From the NCBI RefSeq assembly GCF_006345805.1, contig NC_043004.1:21576001-21640000 (forward strand): a stretch of DNA of 64,000 nucleotides, given 5' to 3'. Source of the DNA: Octopus sinensis (taxonomy: Eukaryota). A program made the translations under genes and the position numbers. This document shows positions 11,208 to 23,300 of the stretch, one piece after another (within the stretch, counting starts at the first letter, position 1; each line of letters opens with the position of its first letter). Under the pieces are notes generated by a model. The model ran no database searches, was not told the origin of the DNA, and saw only the letters and a list, made by a program, of their open reading frames with translations.

Positions 11208-13172
11208 TATATACATATATATATATTCAAATTCAGACTTCCAGTGATAGCTGACATGAATGCGCGCACACACACATATACCTATAAGAAAGAAATAAAA
11301 TGACAATCGAACTATATACAATAAAATCTATATTAGAAGCTAAATTTAATAAACTGATAAAGTAAATAATGCAATGTTCGTATTGAGAAAGCTGAGGTGA
11401 AGAGGAAAATCGCTAATAAATTAAATGACAGAAAACAATAAGAAGTCTGAGTATGTTCACAGTCTCGAGAGACACTTTCAATACACTGTAATACTTCTCA
11501 TCACCATGATGTTGGACAAGTAAGCTTTAAATATTTCCTATGATTATAATTCTTTCCAACATGGTGATTTTTCGTACACTTTTCCTTTTTTTACAACCCG
11601 TGACCTTTTTTTTTTAATTATGAAAGCACAATTATAACGTGTCTTGTATATGAATGGAATTAACAGAGAAGATTAAACGGTGAGATGCATAGGAAAGTTT
11701 TTAGTAGGGAGCATAAACTAATCGCAAGTTTTAAGTATCTGTGAAGACGCATATGTTGAGGAAAATAACGAAAATTTAATTTTTACAGTTTCATGTTAAA
11801 TTGTTCTTTAGGCTTAAGTAGTGTTCTCGTGTTGGTTTTTATAGACTATTTAAAACATAAAACTTGAGAACATTATAGCGAAGAAGGTCGACCTATATAG
11901 GTACAAAATTGCTTTTTGTCTTAATGTGTGGAAGCAAAACAATCTACATAATATTTTTTGTGTGGGTTAGTTGAATGGGGAAGGAACAGCTGTTTTGATA
12001 TATTTCAAAACTCGGGGTTGGAGGAGAAGGTGATTAAAAAATAAAATTTTGAAAAAAATTATTTTTCAGCACCTTGTTATTTCTAGCATGGTTAAGGAAT
12101 CGCCTTAATGAATCCTTTACTACTTCTACTAGTTCAACAAGCATCTACGCATGCGTGGCGAATATTGTTTTACGACAACAGACGAGGAGCTTCATTTAAA
12201 AGATTGAAATTTTAGAAACAACTTCTTTTTCAGAGTTTTTTTTTATTGTTATTTCAAGTATAAACAAGGGACTTATTGAGTCTCAACCTCACTGTGTCTA
12301 CATGCGGAAATGTGCGGTGGAGTTCAAAAGCAACAGTGGAGATTTCGAAATTTAAGAGGGGAGGGATTTAAAAAAAAAAGGAAAACGCGAAGAATATTGT
12401 CTTCCGAATCACAATTTCAGTATTTTTATCATATTGAATTGCCAAATTATTGTACGAAATATCTAAAAACAAAAGAAAGAAAACATACCTATTGATGGAC
12501 GAGGTATGTGAAAGTTTAAAAAACTGTTATTTAAGCTGACTCATAAGCTGTTTACAAAAAAATTAAAAATACTTATAAAAACAAAATAAAAATGTGTGAA
12601 GTGCATATCCAATACATTCGTCCAATTGATCCCAGTTTTCAGCTGTTTATAATCACTAACTGACGATACAGAGTAAAAAAAAAATTTGCCTTGATACTGC
12701 ACTTTTCATTTCATGTGTAAAAAGAAACTGTAAAATAGTATGTATGCATATATATGTGTGTGTACAGTAATGCCCTACTTTACGAGGACTCCTTGCGACA
12801 CCCCGGTTTTACTAGTGTTATTCTATAATAAACATAAAAAGGTTAAATAACCATTTTGTGGAGTAAAATGACGGCATAAAATTTCAGTGTCTTAGCTTAC
12901 ACGTACGCTTTGTTGAAGGAGAATTTTATAAGCTAATTTTTCGTGCTACGTATTTTATATTACATGAAAAAAAAAATGCGAGCAAGAGAAATAATATACT
13001 CAATATTCGCAAGAGGTCCGGTAGTGAACGAGATGACATCCCGTCGACGAGCGGCAGGGCACCTATCTCTCTTTTTATGATGTCTGTGGAAGAGGTAAGT
13101 CGTGCTGCTATCAGTAGTGTGAAGTGACCCAAGCCAGTGAGTGGTCGGTAGAGTCAACACGTGATAACAACT

Positions 13173-13332
13173 GAATGATCTACATTATTTACATTCGACG
13201 GATATTTGTCCTCACCTTGTTTGTTGTTAACGCAACGTTTGGGCTGATATACCCTCCAGCCTTCTTTAGGTATCTTGGGGAAATTTCGAACCTGGGTTCT
13301 CATTCCTAAGGTAATCTTCAATGTTGTTATTA

Positions 13333-13378
<46 letters not shown>

Positions 13379-13552
13379 ATCGAAGAATACCTTAGCCATG
13401 AGAACCCAGGTTTGAAATTTCCCCAAGACACCTGAAGAAGGCTGGAGGGTATATCAGCCAAAACGTTGTGTTAACAACAAGCAAGATGAGGACAAATATC
13501 CGTCGAATGTAAATAATGTACATAATTCCTCATCTCTTAAATATAGAACTGT
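13173..13552. repeat. Inverted pair of family A (PLE terminal repeat) bodies around an (ATT)n tract
   Basis: 13173-13330 (minus) and 13378-13552 (plus) both read catYgaag..accttag..atgagaacccagg...cct(g/a)aagaaggctggagggtatatcagcc.aaacgttg.gttaacaac. Confidence 0.85.
13427..13472 (+). ncRNA. Family A minimal type I hammerhead, one core substitution
   Basis: gacac CTGAAGA a GGCTG-gagggtatat-CAGCC aAAA CG TT gtgtt; G12 is A here (CpG-decay type change), but G is retained in the 28.7 kb copy. Confidence 0.6.
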
Positions 13553-13629
13553 CTCGATTGCATCTTGAGGTTAGAGCAATTACATCTTCGTGCCTTTAAA
13601 CTACTCGAAATTTTTAAAACTTACCCAAT

Positions 13630-15240
13630 ATGTCTAAACGAAAGTGTACAACAAACACTGACGGGATCAAAACGAAGCGATAAGCCATCACTTTAGAAAC
13701 GAAGTATGAAATTGCAAAAATGCGCTATGGTGGTACAACTGTGAAAAACATTTGTGACAAAATTTCACTTAAATCGTCAACGGTCTGCACAATTCTTAAA
13801 GAAAAACAAAAAATATTTCAAGTGTGAAATGGGCAAGCCTATGAAATCAACCCGGGCGCGTAAAAAGTATGTTGGAAGCATTATTCCTGAAATGGAAACA
13901 CTTTTCAATGCATGGGTAAGTGACAAAACACAATGTATGCATATGAATGCTAAGCAAGCGTCGATTTGTAGCAAAGCAGTGTCCTTTTTCAGTATTCTTA
14001 AAGGAATGAAAGGTAACACAAATTAACCTTTTGTTGTAAGCAGAGGATAGTTTGATCAATTTAGAAATCGACATGGGTGGCATTCCGTCAAAGTGCAAGG
14101 AGAAGCAGCAAGCGCCGATGTCGATGCAGCAAAAAAAAAAACATCCAGAAACATTGGCAGAAATAATTGAAGGGGGTAACTAATTTTTAATGCCGATGAA
14201 AGAGGACTTTTCTGGAAACATTTGCCATACAGAAGTTACATTGTCAAAAAAAAAAATGCGCTACTTGGTTTTAAAGTTGCAAAAGATCGACTGACATTAT
14301 TATTCGGAGGAAATGAATCTGGGGATTTAAAAATATAACCAATGCTAGTTTATCGAGCGGAAAATCCCAGGGCACATAAAGACATCTTAAAAAGTACTTT
14401 TCTAGTCATATGGAAGTCTAATAAAAAAAAGCTTGGGTTACGACATTATTTGAAGAATGATTTTCATATCACTTTGTGCCGGAAGTTAAGAAATATTGTG
14501 ATAAGAACGAACTTCCATTTCATGAAATGTTGTTTATTGACAATGCACTTAGCCACCCTCCACTTCTGCAACATCTCCATCTTAATGTCAAAATTATTTT
14601 TTCTTCGCCTCCGAATATGACATTACTTTTGCAACCAATGGACCAGGGTGTTATTGCAGAATGAAGAAACAGATTAAGAAGGGGAACGAACTGTAAAGGA
14701 ATTCTGGAAAAATCACATTTATACTGCAGTAAAAATCATAGGAAAAGCGTGCGATAATATCACCCAAAAGAATATGCAGGGCCTTTGGTAAAATCTTTGC
14801 TCACAATTTCTTAATGATTTTGAGGGTTTTGAGACACTGCAAGAAAACGTACAAAAAGAATCAGAAGAAATTGTTAACCTTGCAAATGAATTGAATCTTA
14901 ATGTGTCAGCAAGTGACGTAGATGAGCTGCTTCAATCACATAATGACGAACTCACCAACGAAGAGCTTATTGCAAGGCAAGAGCAGGCAACAATAGAAGA
15001 AAAGAACACTGTCGATGAAACTCCAGTAAATGCTTTCACGTTGAAAGGACTCGTGGAAGCATTTCAACATTTGAATAAAGCCGTGGAAAATTTTCAAGCA
15101 CTAGATCCAAATTTTGAACGATATGCAAAAGATCCCATTACCATAACAAATACTTCTGTGTGTTACCGGGAAATTTATAGAGCAAGAAATAGCTTCTAAG
15201 CAATCAACTCTCGACTTGTTTTTAAAAAGCAATCTAGACG
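13630..15240 (+). pseudogene. Tigger-like transposase (CENP-B HTH, Tc5 HTH, DDE_1)
   Basis: AITLETKYEI...SSTVCTILKEK; GEAASADVDAA; IFNADERGLFWK; KDRLTLLFGGNESGD; LFIDNALSHP; PPNMTLLLQPMDQGVIA. Confidence 0.9.
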
Positions 15241-15344
15241 TCCGTCAACAAGTGCTAGTGAATCGGTGATCGTGTCTACAATTGATAGTGTGCACGAGTC
15301 TAGTGATTCAGAAAAGTATAATAGCAATATTGTTATATAACAAA

Positions 15345-15857
15345 CTAGCAGTATCGCCCGGCGTTGCTCGGGTTTGTAAGGGAAATAACTATATAAGCAT
15401 TTTTAGAGAGTTACTTCCCTTATAGATGCCAATTCGGGCTTTCTTAGCCATTTCTGTTTTGGTGTCTTCAAGCCATGAAGTCGTTGTTCTAAAAGAACGC
15501 TGGTCTCCTTGACAACGCTTTACGACGTTGATTTCCTTACACTCCCTTCCCCACAGCTTCACGAGGGAGGGAAGAAGGGGGAGAAGCAAACAGGTGCAGG
15601 TGTGACCATGGACGCCAACTCCGCCGCCATCGACACACGAAAAATTATGCATTAAAATGGAATAAAAAATGATGTTAAATTATTTTTAAAATCATAGACT
15701 CATCGTAGACGCGCGCTAATACTCAGACGGGCTCGATATGAATCACGACTATAAGATACCCGAATTTGGTTAAACTGCACCGCAAAATGTGGGAGTAGTT
15801 AGGAATCTAAATCGAAGGGGACAGACACTCACACAACTACAGTTTTATATATATAGA
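15345..15857 (-). mobile_element. Non-autonomous Helitron
   Basis: Minus strand: A|TCtatatatataaaa start, subterminal hairpin cccgagcaacgccggg, CTAG|T end; inserted in AT with no TSD. Confidence 0.75.
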
Positions 15858-16156
15858 TGAGATTGACATTCGTCTTACTTTAAATGAAATATCCTTTACA
15901 TTCTACTGTTGTTTTATTGCCATTTGCTTACGAAATTTATAAATTTTATAGGTAAAATATTTTTCTGGGAACGAATTGCGATCTATAACGTTGCTATTAT
16001 GGTAAATTATTGCTCTGTTTTACGAGCAGTCACCGGGAACGAATTAACTCGTATATTGAGGCGTTGCTGTGTATATATATAAATGTAACTACAAGTGCAT
16101 CGTTGGCGATTTCTTTCCTTCGTCTTCCTTTTCTCTTGGACTTTCCTCTGTCACCT

Positions 16157-16191
16157 GTTTCTGAAGAAGAGCTTTGTTCGAAACGTAAAAC
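16157..16191 (+). ncRNA. Intact 35-nt minimal type I hammerhead ribozyme (family H)
   Basis: GTTT CTGAAGA A GAGC-ttt-GTTC GAAA CG TA AAAC: stem I GTTT/AAAC, stem II 4 bp, loop-less palindromic stem III, GUA triplet. Confidence 0.8.
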
Positions 16192-16504
16192 TACCTTTCT
16201 TTCCTTCCCTGAGCATCTGCTAATACTTTGCATGTACCACGTGCTCGCGTTGTTTATTTTCCTGTGCTTTTTCCTTCCTTTTTTTTCTGATTAACTATAT
16301 ATAAGACTGATCACCTTGCACAACATTTCTTAGTTTATATCCATATAGATGTCCGTTCTAAATCCTACGTCGACCCCTTCAGAATACGCGTGTTGAATTA
16401 TGCCGACCGCATTGTTCAAATGGTGGAACGCAGTGAATGCTTGGCAGTATTCCAGGTGTCAAATGTCTGACATTAGTCAAAAGTTATAATTAACAGTAAT
16501 GTTT

Positions 16505-16690
16505 TCTAATATAGATACCGGCTCTGAAACTTGCATGGAGGAGAACCGTAGGTTATATCGACACCAGTATTCTGACGGGTATTTTATTTTATCAAACCTG
16601 AAAGAATGAAATACAAAGTTAACTTCGGTGAAATTTGAACTCAAAACATAAAGAGCCGAAACAAATGCACAACGATTTTTTCGGACCCGC
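16505..16690 (-). mobile_element. SINE family 2, decayed
   Basis: ttatatcgacaccagtattctgacgggtattttattttatcaaacctgaaagaatgaaa...cggtgaaatttgaactca. Confidence 0.55.
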
Positions 16691-17280
16691 CAACGATTCC
16701 GTCAATTAAAACAATATATGAATATACTTCCCTTGTATGGCTATATTGAAAAGAAAGAGAAGTATTGAAGCTCTGTGTAAATTTCTACAAAGATGCTACG
16801 TTAGCGTATGCACGCGTGAATTGTATAACCTGATTATACATACAGCACCATAATGAAGTGTTGGAGATGGTCATATATTGCCAATTAAATACACACTATA
16901 TATTTGGTCTTCCCTTGAGCTTTATTATTATTTTAGTTTCTTTGTCAAAGTTCTTTCGTCACACACCTTGGGACCTTTTCGACGACTCTATCCAACGTGT
17001 CTCCTCTTGTTCTGCTTATTCCATCAATAAAGCTGAAATGAAGACCAATATATAGTATCTGTGCTTAATTGGCAAAATATGCCCACCCCCAAGTATAACA
17101 GTATTCGTTTCAACACAGGATTTCACATATAAAATTTTGAAAAACAAATGCATTACCTATAATTTAGAATTTTAAGGTAACTTTTTAACGTATAGAATAG
17201 TTTATATATAATGAGGTTATATGCTAATTATTCTTAACTACTTCAGATAATTGTGATACGATAATAGTTTAACTGTTGTT

Positions 17281-17305
17281 TCTTTTTTTTGTTTTCTAGG
17301 TAAGT
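17281..17305 (+). promoter_or_regulatory. Candidate recursive (zero-length exon) splice site
   Basis: tcttttttttgttttcTAG|GTAAGT: strong 3' splice site abutting a consensus 5' splice site. Confidence 0.3.
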
Positions 17306-17935
17306 CCATCTTTCTTTCTGAAATGATGTACAACGCAAGTATATTTTAACTGAAAGAACGTGCAAAACGTATGATGCCGCATGCAGAGTCAGTAAGTGCT
17401 TTGACAGTTAATTGCATTTTTTATCGTAAAATAAGTATCCTGTTCTTCGTGCAGCTTTTGTAAACCCTCTGATAGTGCAGAAATTCTTGTTTACATATGC
17501 ACACACATACATACACGCATGCACGGACGCAAATACTAACAGAATACAACACAACGCAACATAACATAACGCTACTAATTACATGCGATTCAAGAAGCCT
17601 TTGGAAAACTTGTATTATTGCGAAAATATAAATGACATACATGAACATTGAATAGTTTGCAGCATATAGTAGAAAAGTGCTGAATTCAAAAGGATTGTTG
17701 TTTTTCCTCGGTTAGTGTTATCCAAAACTGTGATTCCCACAGAATATATAAATTCATCACGAACAAGAAGTAGCCTCAGTCAAGTCAGAATATACAATTT
17801 GTTAAACTCACGGTTATGTGTATACATGGATTATTAAAAAAATTACCTCTCAGAGCTTACAAAGTGACTCAAGAGCCGAGAGTTTCGGAAAGGCCACTCG
17901 GACCCTGAGTAACTTTATGACTTCAGCTGATTAAC

Positions 17936-18014
17936 ATGTATGTATGTATGTATGTATGTATGTATGTATGTATGTATGTATGTATGTATGTATGTATGTA
18001 TTTATATATATATG

Positions 18015-18069
<55 letters not shown>

Positions 18070-18085
18070 ATGTGTATATATATGT
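17936..18085. repeat. Compound (TATG)n/(TA)n/(TG)n microsatellite
   Basis: Direct reading. Confidence 0.95.
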
Positions 18086-18087
18086 AT

Positions 18088-18228
18088 AGACAGCCGACAA
18101 CTGATGACGGGTCATTCTTTGTATTACTTGTCCCTTTTTCTCTCGTTATTTACGTATTTAACTCATTTGTTTTCTTATTTCATGTTGTTTACTGTTGGTG
18201 TCGTCCTTTCCCCATATATGCATATATA

Positions 18229-18266
<38 letters not shown>

Positions 18267-18920
18267 TATTTATATTATTATTTAATTGAACGCCACGCAT
18301 TCATTTCCAAGTAAGTTTAACTTAATATCTTTGATGCAACTCTACTCTATACTGTTTTCTCCTCTATCCTCTCTAATGTCCTTTTTTTCTCCATTTCATC
18401 GTTTTCTACCTGTCGCTCTCTCCATCATTCTCTTTTTCTCTCTCTCGTTGCTCACACGTGACCATAGTCCGCCTTTCTTTTTCTCACGTGACCATCTTTC
18501 TTTCCTGCACGGACATTGTAAGGACTGAACGTCTTCTATCTATCTCTTTTCTATCTTTTCTCTTTCAAAGAAAATATTTCTCTCAGCGTTCACTATTTTC
18601 CCCTCGTTCAGGTCTAACGACCCTACGTGCTTGTTTTCGTTTGCTTTCCCTGTATGTCTCCACTGTCCTGTTTTTGTTCCCAACTTTGACTCTCCATAAA
18701 TCCAAAATCTTATTTTGGTATTTATGGGAGCAACTCTCTTCGAAAACTGAATATTGTCGTTGATTGCTCGAGAAGGACAGTAGCTAGACAGACGACATCT
18801 GATGAAGGGTCATTCTTTGTATTACTTGTCCTGTTTTCTCACTCGTTATTTGCGTATTTAACTCACTTGTTTTTGTATTTCCTGTTGTTTGCCAACGTCC
18901 TGTATCTATATATGCATATA
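18088..18920 (+). mobile_element. Repeat family E: ~130-bp direct terminal repeats 698 bp apart, each with a CTGATGA core and followed by TA microsatellite
   Basis: agacag.cgaca.CTGATGA.gggtcattctttgtattacttgtcc at 18088 and 18786. Confidence 0.55.
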
Positions 18921-18932
18921 TATGTAGACATG

Positions 18933-18977
<45 letters not shown>

Positions 18978-18992
18978 ATGTAGACATGTATA

Positions 18993-19058
<66 letters not shown>

Positions 19059-19775
19059 TATATATATATAAGCATACATTATATGTATGTGAGCTTGTGT
19101 GTATATATATATAGATATAGATAGATAGAGACAGAGAGAGATTCGTACATATATGTATGTGCTTATTCATTTAGATAATGGTTATTCCCATTACAACAGA
19201 TATACTTTAAATTAATTAAGCTCTGTTGGCTTAGCACATCTAGTATGTTAATGTCTACTGCTAAGTTTCTATATTGTTGATTGTCAACTGTTCATAATTG
19301 GTAAAGTATGCTTGAAGCAAGCCATCAGCAAAATAACCATTCAACGTAATATTGGTATCGATCGATCGAAATAGTGATCATAGTTAATATATTGCGTGTT
19401 ACCTTACTTGAAAACCAGAAACGAGAAACTCTGAGTAGCAACTCGTGTAGACTCAGTTCTGAATACATAATTTAATCTTAGAGATTATTCCGCTGAGAAC
19501 AGGTAGAGAGATGAAGATGTGTATACATTTCATACTTGCTGATATTGATGAGTCTGTGGTCAGATCAGATCGAGAAAACCTATGATTAAAGAGATTCTAG
19601 TCTTGACAAACACGTCTGCATTATTTAGTTTGTTCTTTTTAAGGCAGCGATGTTTACTAAATTGAGCAACTTCCTTAGTGCAATCGTTAACTAATTTGTA
19701 AAGCATTCTTATGGAAGTCAAATCGCTGTAAATACAAGAGAGAATTGAAAGTAGACACTACATCTTACTATATGC

Positions 19776-19824
<49 letters not shown>
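19776..19824. repeat. (AGT)n microsatellite
   Basis: Direct reading. Confidence 0.95.
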
Positions 19825-19930
19825 TCATCTCAGATTTGAGGGCACTGCTAAGTTTATTCTTTAAATGAATAAGCTCATATACATGTGTAAAGATTTATCT
19901 GTCCCCCTCTCTGTATATATATATCTTCGT

Positions 19931-20300
19931 TTGACCCTTCTCTTCAGGGCCAGAAGTTGAGTCTTCTACAATTGTTGCTCTCTACAAAGCGCAGGTGAGC
20001 AGTGTCTCTGAAAATAAGTAAAAAACAATCTAATACAAAAAAAAAATTATCGCACTATACCTCTTTATATATAACTAGAATTCTTACGATCACCACAAAT
20101 AGCGAGTCGCACTATCACTGACGATCTTTTCTAGCGAGAGCATAACCTTAACGAGGATAAGATTGCATCGCAGCATTTGACCCTTCTCTTCATGGCCAGA
20201 AGTTAAGCCTTCTACAATTGCTGCTCTCTACAAAGCGCAGATAAAACCAACTATTGAGCAGTGTTCCCGAATCTGTGGCGATACTATTACTGCACACAGA
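19931..20300 (+). mobile_element. Two partial copies of a LINE RT C-terminal remnant
   Basis: ttgacccttctcttca.ggccagaagtt.ag.cttctacaattg.tgctctctacaaagcgcag at 19931 and 20178; translates LYKAQIKPTIE (LYKAQIRP..EY-like). Confidence 0.4.
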
Positions 20301-23300
20301 TTTCCTAGTCTACATTCAACAAAACGGCCACCTGATTGCTATTTTCTTCCCTTGGAGCTGACTTTGCTTATATCATCTCCTGTCATAGAATTATGACTGA
20401 AAGATCCCTTTGATTCTCACCAGTAAAAGTTATGCATTGCCATTTGTATAATTGTTGCTACATAGTATAATAGTTTTGGCAATTAAGTCAAGGAATCTTC
20501 AGATTCTTAGACAAATGTGTAGTACCCACTAACAAAATATTATTAATCAAGGGTTAGTCCATTAAGCTATTTTCACTTCTCAACATGGTTAAACAATTCG
20601 TCTCCGAAAATAATGAAAAACAAGTCAATACAAAACTAACTGATTAAAACATGGCAATAGAAATGTAGCTGTAACATATATAGTGACGTGAAATGCGCGC
20701 TTCAATTTCTACACATGTACACGCATGCGCACACAAACACATATTCCTAGACACACATAAGCACACACATACATAATAATTAATTTCATCAGCTGGAAGG
20801 TGACTTTAAATTAACACAGTTTTTGAATATCATCCGATCGCTAAAATAATATCAAGACAAAATTTGAGAAGCTAATTGAATGTTAACTAACCATCATCTC
20901 AACTAAAAATTCAGCTCACAACTACTTCTCTCTCAATTCAAAACTATTCTATTTCTGTGATCATTTTGTTTGGGTTGATATTTTTGCTCTATTTGTCAAG
21001 CTGAAACAAAATAAAGTATAACATCACCAAGTCGATATTTTTGTATCTCCAAATGTTTAATATCTTGACCCTTCCTCATACACAATCTTCTTGCTTTCTC
21101 ACTATATCATCTCTTTCCACATTTACTTCTGTTATTCTTTATCGTGTGCTAATGTTTTTCTTTGTTTTTCTTTCTTTCTTTCTTTCTTTCTTTCTCACAT
21201 TTTCACCAAAGATCTTGGTTCTTCCTCAATTTCCTCTCCCTATTTCTTTTCAAGTGCGACTTCCTTTCTTGTCAGATTCCACATTTCCTAATTTCTTCTT
21301 TTCTTTTCTCTTTATGTTTTCATTTCTCCATCTCCTTATTCACACACACACACACACACACAGTGTTTCTGTTTAGCCACAGGTAAGCCCTGACTTTTGT
21401 TCGGGAGAGCTAGGCATATATCGTGTGAGCGGCTCTTTAAATATTTGTTAATTTTGCTAGAAACCATGCATTCCATTTCGCTCAGGAAGGAAGCTGGTTC
21501 TTCCACTCGAAATAGGACTTCTCTTTCACAAGAGATATGTTCCCCCTCCTCCTCCTCCTCATCCTCAGGAAGATAGATAGATAGAGAGAGAGAGAGGAAG
21601 GAGGGAGAGTGAGAGTTTCCACATCATAAGAAATCCATCAATCTAGGTGATTTTGAATTGCTATTTAGTGAAATTTTGTTGCTATCTTTTCCGTGTTTTT
21701 TTTTTGTAGAAGTTTGCCTATGGATGTTGACCCACGTGTGGTTTCCACTCTTATAGATGGCGTGATACACTTATGAGGATGGTGATCCCTGGTCACTTAA
21801 TTCTAGCTGTTTTTGTTCCTGCTATATGAATCTGCATGTTTTCGCCAGCTGTGAATGGACAAAGGCTTCTTTGGTGTCGTAATATGCTATTAGCAATGAA
21901 AACTGACAATCATGCTAAACAACTCACAAGTTGCGCCTGGTATTACTTACGACCGGTAATTCTATGAATAATTCTTGTTGCTCTTATTTAGGTGAAGAAA
22001 TCCCTTAAATGGATTTTCTTCGACACTGGCTTTTAAGATATTCCTTCCAGATCTTCTACAGGACGCAGTTTTGGTTTTGTTGTATGACACTGTGGGCCAT
22101 GAGAACTTTTATATCTATGGTGATCCCACCCTAATATATATAGCCCAAAGTTACGTCTACGCTAACCAGATGCTCATATTGTGTCATGGAAGTGACTGCT
22201 AGCCAGAAGTCGACATCGGTGACAACGTCACTGACAGTAAATCTGGTTCTATTTTTCAAATAATGTAGGACTAGTTAATAGAAAACTATGTCACGTACAA
22301 TTTGAGCTTGTGCTTTAGTCGTATGCTTTTAAGTTTATACATATAGTGCCAATACCCTATCTTTCCTAATAAAGGAGATTTCATTTAAAATATTTGCCAG
22401 AGCTGTTTTCAAGTCTTCCTTGGACAAAACGAAGTCACTCACATTACCTTGGCAAAGCTTAGGCAATTTATTCTCTGTTCGTATACATTTGCGACGGATT
22501 GTTGTTGCTGATTTTGAGAGCATTTCCTCTCGAGATATTTAAAGAGTTGATGTTAAAATATTAGTGTTTCCTTTTGGTTCATGTTCACAACTAATATTTT
22601 CCGTTACAATTAAATATTCTTTTGTTTGTTTTCTCTCCGTGTGAATGTGTTATTTTAGGAATTTCCCATTTTCTCCACGAGGGCGTGGCGGAGAATATTC
22701 ATTTCAATTATTTTTTGTATTTGGGGGACGTGAAAGAAAACAAATAAACTTTATAAAACGATAATATCGCAAACCTAATATTTTCTCTTGCAATTTAAGA
22801 GCAGCCACATAGGAAATTTAGGACACAAATGCAGGATTAATCTGCATTAATTAAATGCATTCTTCTAGTTTGTGCTAGTAGATAGGATCCAGTTACATAC
22901 TGTTCAACATGGGAACAAGACCCAAGAATATATAGTCAATTGGCATGTTTTCGCGTAGTCGATCTTAATATGTTTCTGCTACCTATTTTATTAACACCTG
23001 CGGGGTTTGATAAATTAGAATCCATTGAAATGTAACTAAGTACTTCTGATCTACTTTTCTGTCAGTTCATCACATTAATATTTTTAATATATAATATAGG
23101 CAAGAAAGTCAGAGTATGAATATAGACGATTTAATAGACACTAGTTCTCATCTAGTACTTTATTTCATCAACTCAGGAAGTATGAAATATAAATTTGATG
23201 CCGGCGAGATTTGAGATAATTAAACGGCTAGAATGAAATACCTTATTGCTGTTTAACGTTGTGTCAATTCACCTCTACAATAATAAATGCATTCTCATCT

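Larger units (their letters stand above)
12765..15340 (+). mobile_element. Tigger/pogo-type DNA transposon (5' TIR candidate seen, 3' TIR not found)
   Basis: ta|cagtaatgccctactttacg start followed by a decayed transposase; interrupted at 13173-13552 and followed by a Helitron at 15345. Confidence 0.8.

Noticed and set aside
11463-11519. 57-nt open, frame-symmetric AG...GTAAG candidate exon
   Set aside because: No polypyrimidine tract and no recognisable peptide.
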